From Octopus sinensis (Eukaryota), in assembly GCF_006345805.1 (NCBI RefSeq), contig NC_043011.1:34360464-34424463 (forward strand): a stretch of DNA of 64,000 bases, given 5' to 3'. A program made the position numbers and the translations under genes. Positions 39,633-52,959 of this stretch are shown here, one piece after another (the stretch's first letter is position 1; each line of letters starts with the position of its first letter). Under the pieces are notes generated by a model that searched no databases, was not told the DNA's origin, and saw nothing but the letters and a program-made list of their open reading frames with translations.

Positions 39633-41719
39633 CTTTTACTTGTTTCAGTCATTAGATTGTGACCATACTGGGGCACCACGTTCAAGAAGTTTTTTAGTCG
39701 AATGACTTGATCCTAGTACTTATTTTCTTGCTAAGCTTGCTACTTCGGTCCCTTTTTGCCGAGCCGCTAGCTTACAGGACGTAAACACACCAACACCTGT
39801 TGTCAAGAAGTAGGGAACAAACACAGACACAAATACACTCACACATGTATACATACGACAAGCTTTTTTTTCAGTTTCCCTCTACCAAATCCACTTACAA
39901 AGCCTTGGTCGATCCGATGCTGTAGTAGAAAGACACTTAACGAAGGTGCCACGCAGTCTGACTGAACCGGGAAACGTGTGGTTAGGAAACAAGCTTCTTA
40001 GTACACAACCAAATGCTTATGCATATGCTTAAATGTGTTGTTTTTCCAAATAAATTGCTCTTCATGTTAGAGCCTCTGATGGCGCTGTGAGATGTTGCTC
40101 AGGCACTTAACTATGAGTCCACCGCATCTTTTAGCGGAAACAGCTGTAAGCTCTGGATGTGTGTGTATGTAATGTACATAGATACGGCTACAACTTCACA
40201 CCTAGTTATTCGAATTACACGCTCCCGATCATTTGACTGGATACGAAATGTTCCACTGCAACAACTGTGTGTGTATATGTGCTCGTTTATACACATATGC
40301 ATATATATATATATACATACCCCTCTTCATATATGTACATGTATGTGTGTGTTTATGTGTAGCCATGGCCTTCGGGAGCCCTCTAATTAATAGTGGGACA
40401 CATATAGCTAATATTTCACTTGAATAGTTGCAAGGTGACGGCTATAGAAAACTTCCATATGGTTACCCAACATGCTAGAAATTTCAAACTGTCTAGTTAA
40501 AAAAAAAATTGATTAAAAAATCTGTGAGCCAAACTGAACAGATCCTATGCATTAATACACGCTAAACTATTTTCCTCGCTATGCTCTGTTGAAATTTGGA
40601 GCATATAGTACGATCGTGCTTTTATGCAATCAGATATAGTAATATAAATTTAGTTTAAAAAATTCAAATGTGGCCAATCATTTAGCGTACTAGTCACATA
40701 ACAAGGATAGTACTACAACACACATTAAATATTGTGAAGCACATACAAAAGAAAACTTTTCAGTTAATTGACAAAAGAATAACTCACAATACGCAACAAC
40801 CTTTAGTACACATATGCTTTTCTCTCTCTCTCTCTCTCTCACTCTCTCTCACACACTCTCTCTCACTCCCTCTCGTCGCCTCTACTACAAACTACATCCT
40901 GCCAAGCCCAGCCGAAACACCTGTTTTCTTATCACTTGACATACATTTCTACAGTGTTCAACCCCCACTCATTGCAACTTCTGCACTAAATATACTAAGT
41001 ATACAAATCAAGGAGGGATCGTCGACATGGTCACTTAGCCTGCTAGAAATAACAACTAAATTTTCTTCAAGTCACATGTTACCGTCATGAACACGGAAAG
41101 GACATATTACATTACGTGGTCCTTAAAAGAAATACGCTTCACTGAGGTGGCCTAATAAAACCGAAACTTGATCGTTGTTCCTATTAGTTGGCTTTAAAAA
41201 CACGATCCGCTCCAACCGATTTTGTCTATATCTTTTGCTTGTTTTAGTCATTGGACTGCAGCCATGCCGGAACACCGAAGATATCGACCCTATTACTGTT
41301 TCTGTTTTTCAAGTCTAGTACTTATTCTATCGGTCTTATTTGTCGAACTGTTCATTTACGGAAAGGTAAACAAACCAACACTGGTTGTCAAGCTCATACA
41401 CGATGGGCTGCCACACAGTTTACGTCAACTAAATTCACTTACAAGGCATTGGTCAACCCAAGGCTATAGTAAATGATACTTGCCCAAAGTGCTCTACAGT
41501 GGGACTGAACCCGAGACCACGTAGTTGCAAAACGAACTTCTTAACCACACAACTATGCCTGTACCTACATTCATTTTTACTTGTTTCAGCCATCAGACTG
41601 CGGCCTTTAGTTAGGAAAGAAGATAATTGCCATAATAACCATGCACAGGGCCCCGAAGACCTTCAGGAAAGAAGGAAAAAAGCATAGAATCAAACTGGAG
41701 ACCTGGCCGAAGTGCTTGG

Positions 41720-42109
41720 GGATCTTTTCGGTTTGAACGGCAGTTTTTTAACATAATTTCTAGGTAACTAAAAAATTTTAAACTTCGTATACTGGTAGAA
41801 TGTGTTTATAAAACATCTTTTTCTCTTGGCTTTATTGAGAAAATTCTATAGTTTGTAAGATATTTGTTGTTTTTTTTTCTTCCATTTCTGCAATTTCAAC
41901 CAATCACTGACGTCCATTGAGGTAAAAACATTCTGTGCCGTATGAATATGTCCCTCGTTTAAGAAACAGATTGGGTTTATTCACATTTGTGAAGAAAAAA
42001 AGATCCCCTAACCCTAACCCTAAAACAGATTGAAATGCAATAGATCGATATGGGTGACAATTTCATATGACACCGCTAGAAAAAACTGCCGTTCAAACCG
42101 GAAAGATCC
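41720..42109. mobile_element. GG-terminal MITE (copy 3)
   Basis: Same TIRs and interior as copies 1 and 2. Flanks are GTGCTTGG and GTGCTTTG. Confidence 0.9.
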
Positions 42110-43166
42110 GTGCTTTGAATAAAGTGGACTCTGCAAAAAGCACCTAGGGTGCCTCAAAAACTAGCGTTAAGCCGGGCGATATATCGTCTTCCCACCACTG
42201 TGAGCCACAGTAGGATTTGAACTCAGAACGCAAGGAACAGCAATAAATGTCGGTAGGCATCCGCATCCGGTCCGAACTTCTTATAGTTTCACAAATTCGC
42301 CACCCTGGTTCGGTGCTTTTATTCTTTATCGATCCCCAAAAAATAAAATACAGTGTTGACTTCAATGGGATTTGAACTTAGACATCGGTTGCAAAAAATA
42401 CTAACGAAATTATAACTGAAATACAAGATAGGATGGCCATGGGTGGAAAACATTCGAATGTAGATGGTTTAGGGTTGCCTGTGGCTGAAAAAATTAACGT
42501 CACAGGGTGTCATGGTAACATATAGTTGACAGTGTGTTGTGTGTATGCGTGTGCGAGTGATGTGTCAGGACAGTTTCTTTAGTCACCTACTTTATAACAT
42601 TATTAAAAAGAATAGATATATAGACAGATATGTAAATAGAGACAAACACACACACGCACACACAGAGATATTCGCACTTATCACTACGCTGCGCATGCAC
42701 GTATACGCAAAAATATTCTGTAAAACAGCGAAGCATTATGTCACACACGCACACCTTGCATTCTCCATTCAGAAACGTTAAAATTGCGCATACACCGGAA
42801 AAGCATATTCGCATACATGGATATACGCTTCACTGTAAAGAAAGAAAGCGAGAGAAAGAGACAGAGAGGTGTATGCTTTCACACACACACACACACACAC
42901 ATCCACCTTCCTTGCATAAAGGAATACACCTCGACCGGTGGTTAAGGCTGGAGTGACCTACTTCTTATAAAGAACATAGAAGTCAGGGCAGTCAGACAAC
43001 AGACAGAAATAATATTAATAAAAATTGGACGAAGTTATTATAAAAGAAATATCAGCAAAGTGAAATGGAGATTCAACTGGTATGACAAATAATGAGTGAG
43101 TGAGGGACGGAGGGAGGGAAGTAGGTAAACAGTTGGATAGATAGATAGCTAGATAAACAAATAGAT

Positions 43167-43256
<90 letters not shown>

Positions 43257-43514
43257 CAGATAGATAGATAGATAGATAGACAGACAGAATGGTAGATAGA
43301 TGGATGGATAGATAGATAGATAAATGAATAAAGAAATAGGCAGGTAGATGCCTAGATATGTATGTAGATGGATGAAAAGAAAATAATTGAACCTCAAGTA
43401 ATAAAAGTGAGAAGCAGGAAAAAACTGGAAAAAAGAGAGTAAGCAACGATGGCATAAATGGAGAAGAAAATATAGAGAGAAATTTGATGGCAAAGGAATT
43501 TAGTATAAAATATT

Positions 43515-44012
43515 CTTTTCTACTCTAGGCACAAGGCCCGAAATTTTGTCGATTAGATCGACCTCAGTACGCAACTGGTACTTAATTTATCGCCGGAATT
43601 TGGACCCAGAACATTAAGACAGACGAAATACCTATTTCTTTACTGCCTACAAGGGGCTAAACACAGAGAGGACAAACGGATTAAATCGATTATATCGACC
43701 CCAGTGCGTAACTGATACTTATTTAATCGACCCCGAAAGGATGAAAGGCAAAGTCAACCTCGGCGGAATTTGAACTCAGAACGTAGCGGCAGACGAAATA
43801 CCTATTTCTTTACTACCCACAAGGGGCTACACACAGAGAGGACAAACAATGACAGACAAACGGATTAAGTCTATTATATCGACCTCAGTGCGTAACTGGT
43901 ACTTATTTAATCAAAGTCGACCTCGGCGGAATTTGAACTCAGAACGTAACGGCAGACGAAATACGGCTACGCATTTCGCCCGGCGTGCTAACGATTCTGC
44001 CAGCTCGCCGCC
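43515..44012 (-). mobile_element. Family C SINE trimer (one head, three bodies)
   Basis: The junction CAGACGAAATACCTATTTCTTTAC occurs twice. The single head CGCCCGGCGTGCTAACGATTCTGCCAGCTCGCCGCC sits at the right end. A candidate TSD, AGTATAAAATATT, lies at 43502-14 and 45041-53. Confidence 0.85.
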
Positions 44013-44015
44013 ATA

Positions 44016-44520
44016 TCTATATATATAAAACTCTAGTTGTGTGAGTGTCTGTCCCCTTCGATTTAGATTCCTAACTCCTCCCACATTTTGCGGTGCAGTT
44101 TAACCAAATTCGGGTATCTTATAGTCGTGATTCATATCGAGCCCGTCTGACTATTAGCGCGCGTCAACGATGAGTCTACGATTTTAAAAATAATTTAACA
44201 TCATTTTTTATTCCATTTTAATGCATAAAATGCATCGTATGTCGATGGCGGCGGAGTTGGCGTCCACGCTCACAGCTGCACCTGTTTGCTTCTCCCCTAC
44301 CCTCCCTCGTGAAGCTGTGGGCAAGGGAGTGTAAAGAAATCAACGTCGTAATGCGTTGTGAAGGAAACCAGCGTTCTTTTAGAACAACGACTTCATGGCT
44401 TGAAGACACCAAAACAAAAATGGCTAAGAAAGCCCGAATTTATAAGGGAAGTAACTCTCTAAAAATGCTTATATAGTTATTTCCCTTACAAACCCGAGCA
44501 ACGCCGGGCGATACTGCTAG
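44016..44520 (+). mobile_element. Non-autonomous Helitron, copy 1
   Basis: Starts with TC after an A. Ends with the hairpin CCCGAGCAACGCCGGG and CTAG. Confidence 0.9.
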
Positions 44521-45037
44521 TCTATATATATAAAACTGTAGTTGTGTGAGTGTCTGTCTCCTACGATTTAGATTCCTAACTCCTCCCACATTTTGCGGTG
44601 CAGTTTAACCAAATTCGGGTATCTTATAGTCGTGATTAATATCGAGCCCGTCTGGCTATTAGCGCGCGTCTACGATGAGTCTACGATTTTAAAAATAATT
44701 TAACATCATTTTTTATTCCATTTTAATGCATAATTTTTCGTGTGTCGATGGCGGCGGAGTTGGCGTCCACGCTCAAACACCTGCACCTGTGTTTGCTTCT
44801 CCCCCTTCTTCCCTCCCTCGTGAAGCTGTGGGGAAGGGAGTTTAAGGAAATCAACGTCGTAATGCGTTGTCAAGGAGACCAGCGTTCTTTTAGAACAACG
44901 ACTTTATGGCTTGAAGACACCAAAACAGAAATGGCTAAGAAAGCCCGAATTGGCATCTATAAAGGAAGTAACTCTCTAAAAATGCTTATATAGTTATTTC
45001 CCTTACAAACCCGAGCAACGCCGGGCGATACTGCTAG
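44521..45037 (+). mobile_element. Non-autonomous Helitron, copy 2, directly abutting copy 1
   Basis: TC start at 44521. Same hairpin and CTAG end, followed by T. Confidence 0.9.
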
Positions 45038-45304
45038 TTAAGTATAAAATATTATAGGTGTAAAGGTTTTTAACCCTTTCCCTATTTAATTAACGGTTTC
45101 TAATTCAGGCGCACGGCCAACAATTTTGTGGGGAAGGGAATAAGTCGATACCATCGATCCCCAGTATTTGGTGGGTTACTTTATTTTATTGATCCCGAAA
45201 GGATGAAAGGCGAAGATGATTTGAGCAGGGTTTACTACCAGAACGTAAAGAGCCGGAGGAAAATTTTTATCGCATGACATTTTATTCGACCTATAAGTTC
45301 ATAT

Positions 45305-45540
45305 GTGGTTTTCAACCGGGGTTCCATATATGATTTTGCTGTTAAAATTTACCTACAATAAATTGATTGTTACACCTTTACAATACATAGAATATTTTAA
45401 CAACTTTTTTAATGCAATTCCTAATGATAATTAATCATATAAATATATGATTTTTAGAAAAACATCGAACAGCTGGGAGGATCCATCCACGTAAAATAGG
45501 AATGAAAGGGGTTCATAGGTTAGAAAATTTTTTTTAAAAA
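45305..45540. mobile_element. Degraded hAT-like MITE
   Basis: Left end GTGGTTTTCAACCGGGGTTCC. The 3' part, GAGGATCC..GTAAAATAGGAA..GGTTCATAGG, matches 20525-20578, whose continuation ends GGTTGTAACCACTG. Confidence 0.45.
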
Positions 45541-47503
45541 ACAATCGAGAAACACCGGTATAAACGATTCTGCTAGCTCGAGGAATTCCTCTTTTATTTA
45601 ATAACGGTTTCTGATTTAAGCACAAGGTCAGCTGTTTTGAGTTAAGTAAGTCAGTCCGAGTATTAAATTAATACTTTATTCTATCGACCCCCTATGGGAT
45701 GAACTACAAAGTTGAACTCACTGGGATTTTGTCTCAGAATGTAAATATCGCAAAGGATTTTGTCCGGTGCTCTAACAATTTCTGCTAGCTCCAGCTTTCT
45801 ACTCTTCTTCCTTCGCTATGGGCTTGGACGTATTTAAAAGTTTGCAGCCATCTCAATTTTATTTCATATGGCAGTTTGTCCGCTCTCATTTTAATCCTCA
45901 CAGACCCAATCTCCTCCCTTAAGAAGCCTCATGAGAATTACTGCACTGGTCCCCTGACGCCTTGTGAATAAAGATATGTCAGAAAAGAAAGTCGTACGGG
46001 CGTAGCGGGTCAGTTGTGACACGATAGTCGAGACAAGTAGAGGCAAAGTGTTAAAACAGAGACACAAGGGAGCGAATGAAAATCAAGAGAAGAGAATAAA
46101 AGATACGGTAGAAGTGACGAAAGAGGGAGTATGAAGAAAGATAGAAATGGAGGAAAGAAGAGAGAAAGAATATAGAAAAAAGTAGAAGAGTGAAAGGGAG
46201 AGATTGAGCGAGAGACAGAAAGAAAACGAAGAGAATAAATGAGGGTGAGAGAGAAGACAGTTAAAACGATAAGGGAGAGTTATAGAAGACCTAAAGAGGA
46301 GAAAAAAGACGCAGATAATAGACCTAAGAAAAAGCGGAAAGGAGAAAAAGAGCGTGCGAAACTTAAATGAGAGAGAAAAAGGAATAAAAAGTATGAGATA
46401 TGAGAGAGAGAGAGAGATGGGTAGTGATAGAATTTATGAAGAAGAAAGAAGAGGCAATGGTGTTGGGGGTTTACATTTTCATATTGAGGTTATATATGTT
46501 TTTATTCGAAGATTGACATATTTTTATAAAATATCTTTTTGCTTTTCCTTATCGCTCTAAAGCTTTGTGTGAGGTGTCACCGGTGTCAAAATTGGGTGTG
46601 ACACTGAACAAATAACCGCCGTCCAAATGGTTTTAAGAAATACAATAAAATAAAATGCTTCTTAAATATTAAGCAGTATTCATATTTCTCTTCACCACAC
46701 CTGGTTGTATTGTGAAGAAACCAAGCCGTCCTACCTCTATATCAAGAGCTATTAGTAAAATAATTTGTTTTGCATCAGTGTTTATGTATGTGAGGAAATG
46801 TTTTTTAGAGGAGGTAGGAGGAAAACGTTATTGTTCAAAATTACCGCGCGCGGCTCTCAACTCTTATATGTATCCCGTCGCGCAACTGGTAGCTTCCCCC
46901 TACCTACCGGTTGCTGGTCGTCTGGGTCAAATGGGCCTTAAATCTTTTCTGCATCATTGTTTCGTTGTCTGACTTTTGTACTCGAAATAAAGGTGTAAAT
47001 AACCCAGTCTTTTGTGTGCGTGTGAATGTATTTGTGAGTGACGTTGAGGAAGACATATAATGTCTGTTAATATTCTTTTGGTTTATCGTTTATCATCTAT
47101 TTTTTCTTTTACTTGTTTTAATCATTAGTCTGTACCCATGTTGGAGTGCCTCCTTAAAGGGTTTTAGCCTTCTTAAGTCTGGTACTTTTTTTAATGATTC
47201 ACTGTTGCCGAACCGCTATTTAACAAGAACATAAATAAGCCAACGCATATATATATGCTTAAGGGCATGTAAAAATTCGAAGGATTGCTTTGGTCATATG
47301 ATAAAACGCGTCATGTTTACAAGAGTCGTGGATTCGAGTTCCACCAATAGTCTTTCAAAACCCACCCCCACCTTATCCAAAAGGGTTTCTCAAGCCAACA
47401 TTTTTTTTCATGCGATTATTTATGTGTGTAGTTCTTTGCTTCGATATATTTAAAAAAATAGTTCACGTTCTCTCAAAAGTTTATAAATTATTACGCCGTC
47501 AGC

Positions 47504-47568
<65 letters not shown>

Positions 47569-47620
47569 GGGCTGTGGATTGATAGAATTAGAGTGATAAA
47601 CAAGTAATATAGTGTGTATA

Positions 47621-47912
47621 GTGGAGGCGCAATGGCCCAGTGGTTAGGACAGCGGACTCGCGGTCGGAAGATCGTGGTTTCGATTCGCAGACCGGGCGTT
47701 GTGTGTGTTTATTGAGCGAAAACACCTGAGGCTCCGGCAGAGGGTGGTGGCGACCTCCTGTTGTACTCTTTCGACCCAACTTTCTCTCACACTTTCAACG
47801 CTGCAATGGACTGAGTCCCGTCCAGCTGGGATGGGGGAACACATACGCCATAGAAACCGGGAAACCGGGCCCACGAGCCTGGCTAGGTTTGAAAAGGGCG
47901 CATAAAAAATAA
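47621..47912 (+). mobile_element. SINE head A with tail 2, 15-bp TSD
   Basis: AATATAGTGTGTATA at 47606-20 and 47913-27. Confidence 0.92.
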
Positions 47913-48403
47913 AATATAGTGTGTATAGCTAAGGCAGCAAGCCGGAATAATCGTTAGCAAACCGAAGAAAATTCCTAGCCGCATTTCATCCGTCTTTATG
48001 TTCTGAGTTCAAATTCCTCCGAAGTCGACGTTGAGCACTAGGGTCAATATAATTAACTTACCCCTCTCCTGGAATGTATAGTTGCTAATTGGCAGAGTCG
48101 TTAGAATGTGTAGTGGATGTTCATTGAGGTATCCCGCCTGACTCTACGTGCTCTGAGTTCAAACCTGCAGAATTTCAAATTTGGTGTAGTGATGTAATTT
48201 TCAACGCTGAATCACGGGAGATATTTCACTTCAGAATTTTGTTTTTTTTAAATGGTTATAGAGGTTTAAAGTTTGGTAATTTTCATCCAGTCAGAAAACA
48301 AGATTTGAAAGCTGTCATTCTGTGTGTGACTGCACGAGTTTAAATATGAAACACTAAACAAATGAAATACTAGCAGAATTGTGCTTTTCGCACGACATAT
48401 AAT

Positions 48404-48640
48404 CTCTTTTACTTGTTTCAGTCATTTGACTGTGGCCATGCTGGAGCACCGCCTTTAGTCGAGCAAATCGACCCCAGGACTTATTCTTTGTAAGCCTAGT
48501 ACTTATTCTATCAGTGTCTATTTGCCGAACCGCTAAGTTACGGGGACGTAAACACACCAGCATCGGTTGTCAAGCGATGTTGGGGGGATAAACACAGACA
48601 CACACACTCACACACACATATATATATATATGTATGTATA

Positions 48641-48691
<51 letters not shown>

Positions 48692-48855
48692 GACGGGCTT
48701 CTTTCAGTTTCCGTCTACCAAATTCACTAACAAGGCTTTGGTCGGCCTGAGGCTATAGTAATAGACACTTGCCCAAGGTGCCACGCAGTGGGACTGAACC
48801 CGGAACCATGTGGTTCGTAAGCAAGCTACTTACCACACAGCCTCTCCTACGCCTA
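48404..48855 (-). mobile_element. SINE family B, full length
   Basis: Co-linear with 398-819. Confidence 0.9.
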
Positions 48856-49942
48856 CAAAAAGGTAAAGTCGACCTCGGCGAAATTTGAACTCAGAACGTA
48901 GCAACGGGTGAAACACTGCTAAGCATTTCATCCTGAGTGCTAACGATTTTGCCAGTTCACTGCCCTTTTTTTTTATTTTGGGGAATTTTCAGAAAATTTT
49001 TGCGAATTTATATTCTACACACACAGAAATTCATACAATTATACAAAAATTGAAAAAGAAAAGTGGTTCGTGATTTAAGGCCTATTTAGCTGTTATTTTT
49101 AGCACATCTCACGACCACTTCATAACTCGTGTTTTAAGTATTTAATAAGCGGAAAATGACCACGTGGCTTGACAGGACAGCAACAAGGGAATAAGCAGCT
49201 TGGCTTGTTTCTATGAAAACAGAAACTTCTGTCTGTGGCTTTCGATTGGCTATAATTACCTAAAATTTGCAAACTTTGAAAGCTATTAGCTCTTTATTTT
49301 ATTGATTTATGGCGAAAATGAATTTCATGTCAATGATAACCATACAAAACTACACCAAATATGAAATCAATTCGAACAAAAATTGAAGAAATTGAAAAGT
49401 GGCAGCCAATCAGAAATGATCCCAAACCTTGCTCAGGTTAATAACATTTTCTTCTATTTTGTGGGGACTGGGTAAATGAAGTGCCAATCCCGCACTTGAG
49501 TCGGTACATATTTTCTTTCTTTTCTCATTCTGCAAACAAATTGGCTGCAATGAGGTGCGCACAGGGATGGGACACGTTTTGTCTATATCACGACGCCGCT
49601 CCTGTATTAGACTCATTAGCTGAGCGCCTACGACAGTCTGGCGAGCGGGCAGGTGGTTATTCTTTTACTTGTTTCAGTCATTTTGATTGTGATCATGCTG
49701 GAGCACCGCCTTTTAGTCGAAGAAACCGACCCCTGTACTAATTCTTTGTAAGCCTGCTTCTTAATCTCTCAGTGTCTTTTATCGAACTGCTAAAAGTTAC
49801 GGGAACGTAAACACACCAAGATCGATTATCAAGCGATGTTAGAGGGACAGACACACAAATATATGCACATACATACGTGTGTGTGTATGTGTATGTATGT
49901 ATATATATATATATATATATACTCTGTCTTTCCTTCTCCTAT

Positions 49943-49977
49943 GTTTCCGACGAAGAGCTCCGCTCGAAACGTTAAAC
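49943..49977 (+). ncRNA. Minimal type I hammerhead ribozyme-like motif (U4-to-C variant) in a Penelope-like fragment
   Basis: GTTT-CCGACGA-A-GAGC-TCC-GCTC-GAAAC-GTT-AAAC gives stem I GTTT/AAAC, stem II GAGC/GCTC and a palindromic stem III ACGT. Confidence 0.55.
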
Positions 49978-50593
49978 CCTCCTTCTTTCCTGAGCGTCCA
50001 ATAATACTATATTTGTTCCACGTCCTCGCGTTGTTGTGTTTTTTTGTGCTTTCTTGTTTGGATTAACTATATATATATATATATCATGCTTCTTTCAGTT
50101 TAACTCACAAGGCTTTTGGTCGCCCCGGCCCAAGGTGCCACGCGGTGGAACTGAACCCGGAACCATGTGGTTGGGAAGCAAACTTCTTACCACACAGCCT
50201 CTCCTGCGCCTAGGAAGTAATTTATTCATAGACTTAGTGGAACTTTCGCATAGACAGATACTAGTCAACAAACCTGCAAAGACTAGATTCAGCTATAAAA
50301 AGAATATATGACTAAGTCGATGGTAAGAGTGAGTGAACTATAAATAAGTGAATGAGACAACGATGTGTTAGAACATTTAATGCCACGTTGAAATGAATCG
50401 GAAACGTAATAGCCTACACAGGTTTGGCTTCAATTAGAGACATTATTTCTTTGCTTTAATGCAACAAACAAACAAAAGCTGGCTCGTTTGTAATGCCTTA
50501 TTGAAATGGTAACGTCATCCAAAATAATGATAGATGGCATTGTAACTTTCTCTGAGAATACCAACAAATTACAAGAGAGAAATACGCAAGTTT

Positions 50594-50643
<50 letters not shown>

Positions 50644-50694
50644 CACACACATGCACCTTATATATATACATGTGTGTGTATTTATATATATTTA

Positions 50695-50751
<57 letters not shown>

Positions 50752-50774
50752 GTGTGTGTATTTATATATATTTA

Positions 50775-50815
<41 letters not shown>

Positions 50816-50822
50816 GTGTGTG

Positions 50823-50889
<67 letters not shown>

Positions 50890-51240
50890 GTGTGTGTGTG
50901 CATGTGTACCTATATACATGTATATATGTATGTGTCTATGTGTGTGTGAGTGTGTGTGTGTGTATTTTGCAAGACCACTCTTCCAAGAGTACTTGGTCAA
51001 CTACGAACTTTCCCATGCATACTAAACTACGAAAATGTCTCATTCTCTTTGGTAAAGATGAGACAAAGGAGGGAAGTTTAAGAGGCTTTTCTCAAATTTA
51101 TTTATTTTTTGTTTTAAATATAAAATTAATCATTTCCTGCATCGGCACCTGGCTTCCGTTTCAGATTTGTATTATTGTGCTGCGAGTGAAATAAGATTGT
51201 GAATCTTTCATGGTTACGGTGACGGTTAGTGTGTTAAGCG

Positions 51241-52265
51241 AAGGCGGCGAGCTGGCAGAAACGTTAGCACGCCGGGCGAAATGCGTAGCCGTATTTCGTC
51301 TGCCCTTACGTTCTGAGTTCAAATTCCGCCGAGGTAGACTTTGCCTTTCATCCTTTCGGGGTCGATTAAATAAGTACCAGTTACGCACTGGGGTCGATGT
51401 AATCGACTTAATCCGTTCGTCTGTCCTTGTTTGTCTTCTCTGTGTTTAGCCCCTTGTGGATAGTAAAGAAATAAGTATTTCGTCTGCCGCTACGTTCTGA
51501 GTTCAAATTCTGCCGAGGTTGACTTTGCCTTTCATCCTTTCGGGGTCGATTAAATAAGTACCAGTTACGCACTGGGGTCGATGTAATCGACTTAATCCGT
51601 TTGTCTGTCCTTGTTTGTCTTCTCTGTGTTTAGCTCCTTGTGGATAGTAAAGAAATAGGTATTTCGTCTGCCGCTACGTTCTGAGTTCAAATTCCGCCGA
51701 GGTGGACTTTGTCTTCATCCTTTCGGGGTCGATTAAATAAGTACCAGTTACGCACTGGGGTCGATGTAATCGACTTAATCCGTTTGTCTGTCCTTGTTTG
51801 TCTTCTCTGTGTTTAGCTCCTTGTGGATAGTAAAGAAATAGGTATTTCGTCTGCCGCTACGTTCTGAGTTCAAATTCCGCCGAGGTGGACTTTGTCTTTC
51901 ATCCTTTCGGGGTCGATTAAATAAGTACCAGTTACGCACTGGGGTCGATATAATCGACTTAATCCGTTTGTCTTCTTTGTGTTTAGCCCCTTGTGGATAG
52001 TAAAGAAATAAGCATTTCGTCTGCCGCTACGTTCTGAGTTCAAATTCCGCCGAGGTTGACTTTGCCTTTCATCCTTTCGGGGTCGATTAAATAAGTACTA
52101 GTAACGCACTGGGGTCGATATAATCGACTTAATCCGTTTGTCTTTCCTTGTTTGTCCCCTCTCTGTGTAGCCCCTTGTGGGCAGTAAAGAAATAGGTATT
52201 TCGTCTACCGTTACGTTCTGAGTTCAAATTCCGCCGAGGTTGACTTTATCTTTCGACCTTTCGGG
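51241..52265 (+). repeat. Family C SINE tandem array: one head, five ~184-bp bodies and a partial sixth
   Basis: Units start at about 51292, 51476, 51660, 51843, 52013 and 52197, joined by AAAGAAATA(G/A)G(T/C)ATTTCGTCT. Confidence 0.95.
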
Positions 52266-52925
52266 GACAAGATAAAAAAATTGTGGGGAGAGGATTAATC
52301 ATTTATATCGGCTCCCTTACTCTGCGAGCATAAAATGTAAATATGACCACAGAGCATGGGTGAAGCTGTTGAAGACATGGACGTACTGCACTATTGCCAG
52401 AAATCATGTGTTTAAGGGCCAAAGCCTTAATTTATGTATGTTGTAATTTACTTACAATAAATTAATCTAAGGTCCTGAGTGCATTGCTTTACCCAGGGAC
52501 CCATAAGACTGTTAACGCAACCCTGTACGTGGTATACTTTACTTTGTCAAAAAACATGGCTATATGCGCATGCGTGAACTTACTTCCTGTTTGCATAAAG
52601 AATTCTATTTCCAAAAATATAAAATATGAAGTAAATAGAAATAATCGTTGGTAAGACACAAAAATGTATCTTTTATTTCAGTCGTTAGACTGCGGACACG
52701 CCGGGGCACTGCTTAGGAAAGGCTAGTCGAATAAATCGATTCCAGTACTTATTCTATCGGTGTCTTTGCCGAAATGCTAAGTTACAGGGATGTAAACAAA
52801 CATCGGTTGTGGGTGAACAAATACTCCCCTAACACACACACACACACACACACAGTGCACACACCACTCGTTTTTTTCTTCTCTCTCCGTTTTCTTTCTC
52901 TCCATCTGTTTATCCTCCTCATTCC

Positions 52926-52959
52926 TTTCTGAAGAAGAGCGTAGGCTCGAAACGTCAAA
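52926..52959 (+). ncRNA. Minimal type I hammerhead ribozyme motif in a Penelope-like fragment
   Basis: TTT-CTGAAGA-A-GAGC-GTAG-GCTC-GAAAC-GTC-AAA has an intact core and a GUC cleavage triplet. Confidence 0.65.

Noticed and set aside
51241-52265. Regularly spaced repeats resembling a CRISPR array
   Set aside because: The whole ~184-bp unit repeats with no unique spacers. It is SINE-derived eukaryotic DNA with no cas genes.
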